Positions 40,349 to 49,488 are shown, counted from the stretch's first letter. The stretch: DNA of 64,000 bases from Chthonomonas calidirosea (GCA_945859975.1 CAMAPH010000002.1:64001-128000), one strand, 5' to 3'. Made by a program: numbers and translations. The notes: a model not told the origin generated them from the sequence alone.

Positions 40349-42211
40349 TTATTTTGGCAATGGCAAACTAAGAGCACTCAGGAAGCTACGGAGCTTTTGA
40401 ATTCGGTTTGGCGTGTTCAGATTGATGTCGAAAGGTCGTCCTCGGGCGTCAACGATGACGCCAACCGTGCCGCCTTCCAACTTGACCTGAATGGCCTTGC
40501 CCTTTCCTTCCCCAACGTCAAAGCCTTTTGCCGGAGTAATCGTGACGTTTTTAAACTCGTCTCGACCGACCGGAATCACCTTGACTTCGCCGAACGGCAC
40601 CGAGACGTTGATGCCGTCGCCGGAGATCGTAACGCAAGGTTCGCCGTCCTTGCCCGTGCCGACCGGTGCGATGCAATGTCCGCACTTGACGATACAGTCG
40701 TACTCAAATACTTGCTTCGCGGCCGCGTAAAGGTGCTCGGAAAGCACGCCGAGGTGCGGCATCATGAAGATGCTGTCGACGGTGAGCATCGTGACGCCTT
40801 CCGGCAGGTAGGCATCCATCATCATCAGCGCCGATTGAGCTCGGTTTGGTGCGTGAGAAAGCACGCCGCCGGAGCCGATGACCATGTCGAGCGCCATCAT
40901 GTTGACCAAACTTTGCCCCGCCGCGCCTTGGTTGAAGAGACGGTCGATGTTCGATTCGGTCTGAACGCCGACGAGGTCTCGGGCAAGGGACTTGTGGTGC
41001 AAGAACGCAAGCCGCAGCGCTTCGCGCGAAACCGCATGCTCGATAAGCAAGTCCTCGTAAGTCTGAGGAATCGTCGTCGGACGAATCATCTTGTTGCGAA
41101 GTCGGTTTCGAACCTCCGCTGGCGAAATTTCAAACGGTAGCCATCGGGCAATGTTCTCGACTCCGGTCTCCTTGAGGACGTTACAAATCGAGTAGCTCAT
41201 GCCGAGGTTGGCCGAAACCGTTCGGTTGTAGATGCGCTCGCCGGAACCAGAGAGGAAGACCGAGAAAACGTCGGTGGTCGCGCCGCCGATGTCCACGCCA
41301 AGAACGTTGATCTTTTCGTTTTCAGCGTATTCCTTAAGCAGCTTGCCCACCGCGTTTGGCGTGGCCATAACCTCTTCGCTGGTCCATTCGAGGAGCTTCG
41401 AATAGCCCGGCGCCTGTTGCATCACGTGCTCCAAGAACATCTCGTGAATCTCTTCTCGCGCGGGGCCGAGGTTTTCCTTCTCTAGGGTCGGTCGAAGGTT
41501 GTCAACCACTTGAAGGCTGATGCCCTCGCCGAGAACCTTGCCGACGTCTGCGCTGGCTTGCTTGTTACCCGCGTAAATGATCGGAAGCTTCATGTCGCCG
41601 AATCGTGGCTTCGGGTCGGCGCGGCGAATGACTTCCGCCATTTCGATAAGGTGGCTGGTGGTGCCGCCATCGGTTCCGCCCGACATGAGAATGATGTCGG
41701 GGCGAAGCTGTCGAAGTCGTTCGACCTTTTGGTAGTCCTTTCGACCGTCATCAACGGCTAGCGTGTCCATCAGGATCGCGCCGGCGCCAAGGGCAGCGCG
41801 CTCGGCGGATTCGGCCGACATCGACTTGACCACGCCCGCGACCATCATCTGCAAGCCGCCGCCCGCGCTCGAAGTCGAAACGTACAGGTCGGAGCTTTCG
41901 AGCGGGCCGTTCACGCCACTGCTATCTCGCGCGCCTTCTTTAAGCTGTCGCCAAACTTTCCCGTCCTTAATGAGCGTTCGGCGGCCAGCGGTGTAGCCAG
42001 CCGGAACCGTGGTCTCGGTGATCTCCTCAAGCTCGGTGATCGAGTTGAGCACGCCGAGGGTCACGTCTTCGAACGGTCGTTCAACCGTCGTCGGTGCCTC
42101 ACCACGGGCAACGAGGCGATAATCGCCGGCCTCGTTCTGCTCAATGAGGATCGCCTTGGTCGTGGTGGAGCCGCAGTCGGTAGCTACGATACGCTTGATC
42201 GCGTCGGACAT
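40349..42211 (-). CDS. glutamate mutase L (GlmL/MutL)-like actin-fold ATPase
   Basis: TDCGSTTTKA, SSAGGGL, SGGTDGG, VDIGGATTDVFS, IVDARGRP. Confidence 0.85.
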   Translation of the reverse strand: MSDAIKRIVATDCGSTTTKAILIEQNEAGDYRLVARGEAPTTVERPFEDVTLGVLNSITELEEITETTVPAGYTAGRRTLIKDGKVWRQLKEGARDSSGVNGPLESSDLYVSTSSAGGGLQMMVAGVVKSMSAESAERAALGAGAILMDTLAVDDGRKDYQKVERLRQLRPDIILMSGGTDGGTTSHLIEMAEVIRRADPKPRFGDMKLPIIYAGNKQASADVGKVLGEGISLQVVDNLRPTLEKENLGPAREEIHEMFLEHVMQQAPGYSKLLEWTSEEVMATPNAVGKLLKEYAENEKINVLGVDIGGATTDVFSVFLSGSGERIYNRTVSANLGMSYSICNVLKETGVENIARWLPFEISPAEVRNRLRNKMIRPTTIPQTYEDLLIEHAVSREALRLAFLHHKSLARDLVGVQTESNIDRLFNQGAAGQSLVNMMALDMVIGSGGVLSHAPNRAQSALMMMDAYLPEGVTMLTVDSIFMMPHLGVLSEHLYAAAKQVFEYDCIVKCGHCIAPVGTGKDGEPCVTISGDGINVSVPFGEVKVIPVGRDEFKNVTITPAKGFDVGEGKGKAIQVKLEGGTVGVIVDARGRPFDINLNTPNRIQKLRSFLSALSLPLPK

Positions 42212-42377
42212 GGACTTATTATGAACATGGATTGGCTTCAGCGAAGTTTGAAGCTAGCGGAGACCGTCGTCTTGAAGTACGGCGATTCCGGTGCGTACTG
42301 CAAGGACTTTGTTTAAGTTTGCTTGCACGACAAATTTTCTGATTACGCAGGGTCGGTTTCGCCGTCTTGATGATGTG

Positions 42378-43400
42378 ATGAAAATTGCGGTATTGGCGGG
42401 TGTTCTTTTGGGGATCAGCGGGGATTGCCTGGCCAGTGGTCCAGTGCTACCTATCCCGGCGAGCAACATTTTGTTCAGCCACCGGATTAATGCGCAGCAA
42501 CCTGATCTGATCGTGGACAAGTTCGAAGCCAACAACGAAAACGTCCGAGGGGTTCTACGAAGCCTCTTTAAAAAGATGGGAGTTGCGGGCTACACGATTG
42601 ATCCCACAGTTCAGGGGAACGTGACGCTATCACTATCACGAATTTCGTTAAATACCGCTTTAGAATCATTAGTGCGTCAGGTTGATGCGACTTTTAGGGT
42701 CGAGGATGGGATTTACCAAGTACTGAGGAAGGAACCTTCGCCAAGTCCCGTGTCCACGACTCTAAACAAAACAGGGATACGATGGGTTAGCTACGAAGAC
42801 CCCGAACTCAGAACTCTGGTCCAAAAAGCACCAGTCGGAGACGAGGTTGGAGAGAAACTGATCACGATCGGATCGGGTTCCGATGAAGACATTCGTGACT
42901 TCCTTTCTCGAATCTTTTCCGAAGCATACGTGTCGTTCGTACTCAGCCCGAAAATTGAAGGTAAGGCGTATTGCACATTTAACTCGATGAAGCTGAAGGA
43001 TGTTCTAGCTGTCCTAGGCGAAGTTCACGGGTTTCACGCGGAGTTGCGAGCGGGTTGCTACGTTCTGCAGCCAACCCTTCAGGTGGCGGTGAATCTCGCT
43101 CCCTCCAAAAGCAGCCGCATTCTGGTTCTTGACGGCGGCACGGTGGAGCTAATGGCGTCCCCCAGGGCGAGCACGGCAGGAAAATTACCGGCAAAGCGAC
43201 TGCGGTCCGTCCCGGTCGCGGATGAGATCACCGCGCTGTTTCGACAAATGAACGCGAAGTACCGCATCTCTCCGAACTTGCCAAAGATTTCCGGGAACCT
43301 CCCCAGCGAATCTAAAGCGTCAAGGTTGTATCGACTCAAGAATCTTGCCAACGTGAGCGTGAAGCTTGAAAATGGCGTCTACGTAGTTCGACCAAAGTGA
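42378..43400 (+). CDS. secreted protein with tandem STN/secretin-N-like domains
   Basis: VRGVLRSLF..GYTIDPTVQGNVTL repeated degenerately; no C-terminal barrel. Confidence 0.7.
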   Translation: MKIAVLAGVLLGISGDCLASGPVLPIPASNILFSHRINAQQPDLIVDKFEANNENVRGVLRSLFKKMGVAGYTIDPTVQGNVTLSLSRISLNTALESLVRQVDATFRVEDGIYQVLRKEPSPSPVSTTLNKTGIRWVSYEDPELRTLVQKAPVGDEVGEKLITIGSGSDEDIRDFLSRIFSEAYVSFVLSPKIEGKAYCTFNSMKLKDVLAVLGEVHGFHAELRAGCYVLQPTLQVAVNLAPSKSSRILVLDGGTVELMASPRASTAGKLPAKRLRSVPVADEITALFRQMNAKYRISPNLPKISGNLPSESKASRLYRLKNLANVSVKLENGVYVVRPK

Positions 43401-43549
43401 CGCTTGGCTAGGGCCCGAACCTTGGAAGAAGCTCAATTTTCAACTTAGTGTTAAGAGAGCCGAATCCTGCGGAGGAACGCGCAAAATCTGACGCACGAAA
43501 TCGACAGATTCGTGTTGTCACCATAAGTGACCAGCGATAGAATGACGGC

Positions 43550-44461
43550 ATGCGAGCGGTCTGTGTTGCTCTGTTTGTTTTTGGTGTTTTGTCGAACGGT
43601 TTTGGAGATATAGCCCCGATCTCCGGTCAAGCCCCGGTGCTGGTTACTTACAAAACTCAAGGGGCAGAGGTTCGCGAGGTCCTTCGCGAACTGTTTCGGC
43701 AGGCCAAGGTCAGCGGATATACGATCGATCCCGATGTGCAGGGCAAGGTCCAGTTCTCGGCTGCGAAAGTGCAGATTGATGTTGCGCTTGCATCCGTTCT
43801 AACTCAAGTGGGCGCGACGTTTTCCGCTGAGAACAACGAATACCGAATCTTCTCGAAGCAGCAAGCCGCAATCCAGACGACGGAAGCCCCTGGTTTTGAA
43901 GCCAAACGTGCGAGCTTCAGCTTCAGTGGCGAAGATTTAGAAGCGGTTGTTGCTCACATTTTTAGCGAGTTCGATCAGAGCTTTGTGATGAGCTCAAAGA
44001 TCCAAGGCAAAGTAACACTGATCTTCAACTACGTCACCCTTCCGGTCGCTCTGGATCGCCTTGGCCGCGCTTGCGGATTTACGTATGAGTTGAAGGACAC
44101 CGTCTACACCTTGTTGCCTTCCCAAACGAGCGCACCGCTTGGAATGGAAAGCGCTTTGCCTGGGTTCTCCGAGCGACTGGCGACCACGACTTTAGCCGAC
44201 CAGAAGGGCATTCAAAAGGAAGTCCCGGCCAGTTCGGGACAGTTTGTCGCCCTTACCTTCACTGATCGCCGCGCTTCCGATCTCTTTGCCGAGACCTTTG
44301 CCCAAATGCGACTGCGGGTAAAAATCATGCCCGGACTTACGCAGAAACTGAGCGGCTACTTTGCCGCCGGAAGTTTTGAGTCGCGACTCTACGAACTCAA
44401 GACCCTCGCGAACGCCAAGGTCACCCTCGAAAAAGGCGTTCACGTCGTGCGGCCACGCTGA
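43550..44461 (+). CDS. secreted protein with tandem STN-like domains (paralog of the upstream gene)
   Basis: VREVLRELF..GYTIDPDVQGKV; shared C-terminus SRLY.LK.LAN..V.LE.GV.VVRP. Confidence 0.72.
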   Translation: MRAVCVALFVFGVLSNGFGDIAPISGQAPVLVTYKTQGAEVREVLRELFRQAKVSGYTIDPDVQGKVQFSAAKVQIDVALASVLTQVGATFSAENNEYRIFSKQQAAIQTTEAPGFEAKRASFSFSGEDLEAVVAHIFSEFDQSFVMSSKIQGKVTLIFNYVTLPVALDRLGRACGFTYELKDTVYTLLPSQTSAPLGMESALPGFSERLATTTLADQKGIQKEVPASSGQFVALTFTDRRASDLFAETFAQMRLRVKIMPGLTQKLSGYFAAGSFESRLYELKTLANAKVTLEKGVHVVRPR

Positions 44462-44462
44462 C

Positions 44463-44795
44463 TCAGGTCGTCAGCACTGAATAGGTAGCGAACTCGCTTT
44501 GCATCGGCGGTGCTTCCCCACAGGCTTTCGCCGTCGCGAGGTCGGCAAAAGCGCGCCGATGCCCTTCGATGAACTCAGGAGAAGCGGTCCACGCCTTGAA
44601 GCTGTCCTCATCCTGCCACTGACTGACCACCAGGTAGGGCTCCTCTGGCTTCGCGGGACGTAGCACCTGCATGCTCACGAAGCCCGAAAGGCGGTCAATG
44701 GCCTGCGCACGAGTTGAGAACAGCTCCTCAAATCGGGGCCGATAATCTGCGCGAACGACGATGCGATTTACCGCGACGAATCCGATATTTTGCAT
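44463..44795 (-). CDS. antibiotic biosynthesis monooxygenase (IsdG/HmoA-like) family protein
   Basis: FVAVNRI, FEELF..R, GF, W..EDSFKAWTASPEF..GH. Confidence 0.85.
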   Translation of the reverse strand: MQNIGFVAVNRIVVRADYRPRFEELFSTRAQAIDRLSGFVSMQVLRPAKPEEPYLVVSQWQDEDSFKAWTASPEFIEGHRRAFADLATAKACGEAPPMQSEFATYSVLTT

Positions 44796-44932
44796 AGACT
44801 TACTCAAAAGTTTGATGAGCCAAACTTTTTTCATTCTACACAAATCCGTCCAGTTTCGTGAAATCAAGGCGAACACTGAACAGATTCCGTTAAGTTCGCT
44901 ATAATGGACCCGTCCAGAAACAGGAGACCCTA

Positions 44933-46081
44933 TTGGCAGGAGTAGCGTTCAAAAGCGTAACAAAGGTGTACGGTAAGGACGTCAAGGCGGTCAGCGACCT
45001 CAACCTCGACATCCAAGATCAAGAGTTCATGGTCCTCGTCGGGCCTTCAGGCTGCGGAAAAACCACCGCCCTGAGAATGATCGCCGGCTTGGAAGAAGCG
45101 ACCGGTGGAGACATCATGATCGGCGACGTTCGCGTCAACGACGTTCCGCCAAAGGATCGAGACATAGCGATGGTTTTCCAAAACTACGCGCTCTATCCGC
45201 ACATGAACGTGTACGACAACATCGCGTTCGGTCTTCGGCTTCGAGAACTCAAGAGCTTCTTCTGGCAAATCACCCATTTGGCCGAAGCCAAGACGATCAA
45301 GGAAGACATCGACAAGCGGGTCAAAGAAGTTGCCCGTATGCTGGACATCGAGAAGTACCTCCATCGAAAGCCGAAGGAACTCTCAGGCGGTCAACGACAG
45401 CGTGTCGCTCTTGCGCGAGCCATCGTCCGAAAGCCGAAAGTCTTCTTGATGGACGAGCCGCTATCGAACCTGGACGCAAAGCTCCGCGTTCAAACTCGAG
45501 CCGAGCTCATTCGACTTCACCGCCAGCTCGGAATCACGACCGTATATGTCACCCACGACCAGGTCGAGGCCATGACGATGGGCCAGCGAATGGCCATCAT
45601 GCGCGACGGCATCCTCCAGCAGTGCGATCAGCCTGAAAAGGTCTATCAGTACCCGGCAAACAAGTTCGTTGCGGGCTTTATCGGCTCTCCTCCGATGAAC
45701 TTCATCGATGCTGAGATTCGCATGGAGAACGGTGTCGCGATTGTTGACGCCGGGGAGTTCAAGCTTCCGGTGCCAGATGGCAATCCTGCAGCTCACATGA
45801 GCGGCAAAAAGATCACCCTCGGCATTCGCGCTGAAGACATTCACGACGCTGCCATTCCAAGCAACGTGGTTGCGACCGATGCGAATAGCGTCCAGGCAAC
45901 CGTTGACGTAATGGAACCACTCGGCCACGAGTACGTTGCTTATCTGAAGATCGGCAAGATCAACCTAGTTGCTGCCATCAGCAACGAGAGTAAGGTCCGC
46001 GTCACCGAAGTCGCCAAGTTCGTGGTCAACCTTGACCGCGTACACCTCTTCGATGCCGAGACCGAACAGGCAATCCGCTAA
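44933..46081 (+). CDS. MalK/MsmX-type sugar ABC transporter ATP-binding protein
   Basis: GPSGCGKT, LSGGQRQ, MDEPLSNLD, C-terminal OB domains; no permease genes adjacent. Confidence 0.95.
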   Translation: MAGVAFKSVTKVYGKDVKAVSDLNLDIQDQEFMVLVGPSGCGKTTALRMIAGLEEATGGDIMIGDVRVNDVPPKDRDIAMVFQNYALYPHMNVYDNIAFGLRLRELKSFFWQITHLAEAKTIKEDIDKRVKEVARMLDIEKYLHRKPKELSGGQRQRVALARAIVRKPKVFLMDEPLSNLDAKLRVQTRAELIRLHRQLGITTVYVTHDQVEAMTMGQRMAIMRDGILQQCDQPEKVYQYPANKFVAGFIGSPPMNFIDAEIRMENGVAIVDAGEFKLPVPDGNPAAHMSGKKITLGIRAEDIHDAAIPSNVVATDANSVQATVDVMEPLGHEYVAYLKIGKINLVAAISNESKVRVTEVAKFVVNLDRVHLFDAETEQAIR

Positions 46082-46095
46082 GAAACCTGAATCCT

Positions 46096-46134
46096 AAAAG
46101 CGCGAGGTGAACCTAGGTTCCCTCGCGCTTTTTT
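46096..46134. terminator. bidirectional intrinsic terminator
   Basis: AAAAGCGCGAGG...CCTCGCGCTTTTTT. Confidence 0.88.
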
Positions 46135-46147
46135 GCGTCTTCTGTTT

Positions 46148-46343
46148 CCCCTAAGGGCGACGACGGGACTGACCGCGGGAAGAGTCTTGATGTTTAAGGT
46201 TTGAGGATTGAAGTCACGAACTTTGAGTTTTGAGGCCATAGGCCGCTTGATCAGGTTCAATGATTCTTGTCAAGAATCAGCCAGGATTCGATGTTGATCG
46301 AAGGTGCTAAGTCAGTCGTATTCCGTCAATCGCCCTTAGAGGC
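46148..46343 (-). ncRNA. candidate ~200-nt structured ncRNA with a heptanucleotide repeat tract
   Basis: Long terminal helix CCTCTAAGGGCGATTGACGG / CCGTCGTCGCCCTTAGGGG extended by GACTGACT/GGTCAGTC, whose mismatches are G-U on the minus strand; internal hairpins; TYAANNN repeats; TAGAAT -10 box at 46355-46350. Confidence 0.7.
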
Positions 46344-46363
46344 GGCTTCATTCTATCGGTTTT

Positions 46364-46813
46364 TCACTCGGAAAACTCAATGGAAACGGTGGCGTTGTGC
46401 TCGTCCAGACGATCCTGAAGTTCGTCGATCTCCGCTTCAAGCCGCGATACTTCTTCTTCGACTTCGCGGGCGGAAAGGGTCGCGATGTACTCCTGCGGTT
46501 CCTGCATTCCGTACGGTTGCATGAACTTTCCCGACGTGGTCGGAATCCTCCGCAAGAAGCTGATGTGACTCTTCAGTTCCCCGATGCGATAGATCGTCTC
46601 CTGAATCGGAGCATTGGCGAGGCTAATTGCCGCTTTCAATTTCACGAGCGCCTCAGTTGCATTTCGGAGTTCAGCGAGACTTGCCGCCACATCAAACTCT
46701 TCCCTGCCGCCAACGAGGCGCGAATTGTGAGCGGTCACGATGCCCTGAAGCTTTTGAATCTTCGCCACTTGGCGATTCTTGAGCTTCAGGGCTTTCGCGA
46801 GCGAGATTGCCAT
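46364..46813 (-). CDS. DIP1984/DUF6847-like coiled-coil protein
   Basis: 149 aa: MAISLAKALKLKNR..., LVKLKAAISLAN, EIDELQDRLDEHNATVSI; ATG overlaps the upstream TAA and sits 6 nt after TACCGT. Confidence 0.8.
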   Translation of the reverse strand: MAISLAKALKLKNRQVAKIQKLQGIVTAHNSRLVGGREEFDVAASLAELRNATEALVKLKAAISLANAPIQETIYRIGELKSHISFLRRIPTTSGKFMQPYGMQEPQEYIATLSAREVEEEVSRLEAEIDELQDRLDEHNATVSIEFSE

Positions 46814-49344
46814 TACTGGACGGTAACCCAGACCGATGTGCTCGCCGAACCGAACTGAACGGTTCCGCGGGTGAACTTCCAGCAGGACTGATAGAGGCCA
46901 ACGGTGTTCGGCGCCGTGAGTCGAGCCTGAACCGTGATCGTTTGGCCAGGTGCAACGTTGCTTCCGGGCGGCATTCCGAGGCGGCTCTTGCCGAATGTGG
47001 TCGACCCCACGGGCATTGAGGTCAGCGCAAGGCGCTGCACATCCGCCGAGGTCCAGTTCTGCGTACCGGCGTTTCGGAACGTGAACGCGACCGTGAAGAC
47101 TTGCCCCGGTGCGACCGTGTTCGGAACCTGCTGGGAAACAAACGCGGCATCCCATTCGGTGTTGACCGACATTGGGACCGAAATCGTCGTGGTCGTTCCG
47201 TTACCGTTGGTAACCGTTAGCGTTGCGTAGAGTTTTGCGCTAGGCGTGATAGCGGCATGATTCAGCACGACTTCATTGCTGGTCGGAGCAATTTCGGTGT
47301 TCGCGACAACATCGCCTGCGCCAGCCGTTCGACCAATCTTGATCTGGTACTTCTCGATTCCCGTCTCGGTGTCGTATGCCCAGAGCTTGAATCGAGTCGC
47401 CGAGTAGGCGCCACCCGTCGGGACGCCTTCCCAGTTGGAAAAAGCAAATCGATCCACGATCGGCGCGGTGTCATCACCGGTGTAAGTTCCGCACCAGAAG
47501 TCCGTCGCCGGTGCATCGCTGCCCGAAATGACTTCGACGCGCCGGACCTTAGTCTTCCCAAAGGCCACCGCGGTTACGGTGTACATGCCCGGTGCCAGCT
47601 GGTCGTATCGGTACGTACCGTTAGCAAGCGTCGAGGTTTGGTAGGTGATCGTGCCACCGTCCTTCTTAGCGCGAACCGTAGCGTTGCCTTGTGCAGTGCC
47701 TTCGTTGTAGACGATTCCTTCGATTGCCCCGGCGGTAGCTCCTCGGGAGTCCGCATCCTGCAACAGATAGTAAGCATCAAGCGAGCCGTAACCCTGGTGG
47801 GTCTCCCAAGAGCCTTTCGGTGCGCCGTACACGCTCAGTGCCGACCGCTGCAAGGCTCGATAGGCCCGAAGGTTCTGCATGCCCTGAGCTCGATCCATAT
47901 CGTTCTTGCCGTAGTACAAGCTTGCCGCGCCCGCGACGATCGGGCTCGCCATCGATGTTCCAATCAAGTAGCCGTAGCCAAGGTCATATCCTGGCGCCCC
48001 GACGTCCATGATCGGGTTATGGGTGGTCATCGTGGTGGAGTAGATGTACGCCAGCATCGCGATCGGGTCTTCGATGTTGCTGTAATCGAGGATGATGTTT
48101 CCTCCTGGTGCAGCGAGGTCGATGTACGAACCGGTTCCCGCGTAGTAGTCCGAGGCATGGATGTAGCCGTAGCCGTTCGCGGTGACCGCGAAAGCGCCAC
48201 TGCAAGCCGCAGGATAAATCGGCCCTAAGTCACCGCCACCGGCGCCGTCCTCGTTACAAGCCACCACGACGAGGACTCCCTTCTGCCAGGCGTAGGTCAC
48301 CGCGTCCTGGAAGAGCTGCGAGAAGTTTTCCGTGCCAAGGCTAAGGTTGATGATGTCCACGCCATGATCGGTCGCGTAGAAAATCGCGCCCGCCGCATCG
48401 GCGTCTGAGCCGTTTCCGGTGTCATCGAAAACGCGGAGATTGATTCCCTTGCTTGGATAGCCGAGCCCGACGATTCCCTTTCCGTTCCAGTTTCCGTTGT
48501 TCCCAGAAGCAAGGGCAAGTCCGGTGACGTGAGTGCCGTGCCCCATCGCATCTTCGGTGGATCCTTCTTGCAGAACTTCGCCAAAGCTGAACTGGGCGTC
48601 CAGGCTCAAATCGAACTGCCCGCCTTCTTCGATGCTGCTGTCAAATCCCCCGGCGTTGATGAAGTCCGGGTGTTGTCGCTCAACTCCGGTGTCGATGACC
48701 GCGATCATCGGCACGTTCTGTGGTTTGTCGGCGCTCGTAAACCATCGATTGGGCCAATCGTTCCAAGCATCGAAAGCGCTGGTCTCGTCGAGATACCAGA
48801 GCCGGCGATACGTGACGCCCTCTCCGAGCGGAATCATTGGCTCTCCGATTTCAATAACGTTCCAGTCCCCGTCATTGGGCTCTGGCAAGAGCGGATAAAT
48901 TTTGTTGAGCGGCTGTGCCGCCACGACGTTTGGTTTGCCCTTCAGGCTTGCCGCGACCGCCTTGGGATCCTCGCCCTTTCCGAGTTGCCATACCGTCCAG
49001 CCGGACCGCTGAATCCGGTTTCGAAAATTCTCGGAGCGCAATCCGGTAGGCACAAAACGAGCGCGCGTCGCTTCGGTTTTCGTTAGCTCTGCCGCAACCT
49101 TGGTCGGAAACTTGACCAAAACGTAGCCAGGAACGATCTCGTTCTTGCGCTTCGCGGGAATGTTTCGCTTCAAGATGCTTCGCAAAACCAATCCCAGTGG
49201 TTTCGGTGCAAAAATAGAAACGGCCGGATTACCGATGACTCGGCTTCTCCGTCCTAGCGATTCGCTCACGGGACCAACGGTCTGGGCGGGAGCAACGGCA
49301 ACCAGAAATAGGCTTGCAGCCAAACTCAAAACTCTAAAATTCAT
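46813..49344 (-). CDS. secreted S8 serine peptidase with C-terminal Ig-like domains
   Basis: Triad VIDTG / HGTHV / GTSMASP; terminal DAAFVSQ...RNAGTQNW domain. Confidence 0.92.
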   Translation of the reverse strand: MNFRVLSLAASLFLVAVAPAQTVGPVSESLGRRSRVIGNPAVSIFAPKPLGLVLRSILKRNIPAKRKNEIVPGYVLVKFPTKVAAELTKTEATRARFVPTGLRSENFRNRIQRSGWTVWQLGKGEDPKAVAASLKGKPNVVAAQPLNKIYPLLPEPNDGDWNVIEIGEPMIPLGEGVTYRRLWYLDETSAFDAWNDWPNRWFTSADKPQNVPMIAVIDTGVERQHPDFINAGGFDSSIEEGGQFDLSLDAQFSFGEVLQEGSTEDAMGHGTHVTGLALASGNNGNWNGKGIVGLGYPSKGINLRVFDDTGNGSDADAAGAIFYATDHGVDIINLSLGTENFSQLFQDAVTYAWQKGVLVVVACNEDGAGGGDLGPIYPAACSGAFAVTANGYGYIHASDYYAGTGSYIDLAAPGGNIILDYSNIEDPIAMLAYIYSTTMTTHNPIMDVGAPGYDLGYGYLIGTSMASPIVAGAASLYYGKNDMDRAQGMQNLRAYRALQRSALSVYGAPKGSWETHQGYGSLDAYYLLQDADSRGATAGAIEGIVYNEGTAQGNATVRAKKDGGTITYQTSTLANGTYRYDQLAPGMYTVTAVAFGKTKVRRVEVISGSDAPATDFWCGTYTGDDTAPIVDRFAFSNWEGVPTGGAYSATRFKLWAYDTETGIEKYQIKIGRTAGAGDVVANTEIAPTSNEVVLNHAAITPSAKLYATLTVTNGNGTTTTISVPMSVNTEWDAAFVSQQVPNTVAPGQVFTVAFTFRNAGTQNWTSADVQRLALTSMPVGSTTFGKSRLGMPPGSNVAPGQTITVQARLTAPNTVGLYQSCWKFTRGTVQFGSASTSVWVTVQ

Positions 49345-49424
49345 GGGCAGAACCAATCCTCAGAGAGAGTTTAACGGAAAAAAGTCAAAAGACCAACCAT
49401 TCCTCCCCCAGAACGTTAGCCTTT

Positions 49425-49453
49425 TTAGACTTGGAATAGGAAGGCGTTGTTCC
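49425..49453 (-). promoter_or_regulatory. ECF (sigmaE-type) promoter upstream of the S8 peptidase
   Basis: GGAACAA-N16-GTCTAA. Confidence 0.6.
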
Positions 49454-49488
49454 GTGGCAAGTAACCTGTTTGCAGGTCGGATTTGAGC

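Noticed and set aside
46078..46260. 60-aa minus-strand ORF across the candidate ncRNA
   Set aside because: It has a TTG start without an SD, crosses the terminator, and the 7-nt periodicity and long helix are better explained as RNA structure.
46148..46343. The element as 6S RNA, a CRISPR array or a MITE
   Set aside because: The interior is multi-hairpin plus heptads rather than a rod with a central bubble. There are no 25-40 nt repeats with spacers, and no second copy or target duplication is seen in the window. 6S cannot be fully excluded without an Rfam search.
46364..47155. 263-aa version of the DIP1984-like ORF
   Set aside because: The first 114 codons overlap the S8 protease out of frame. 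The family-like sequence begins at ATG 46813.
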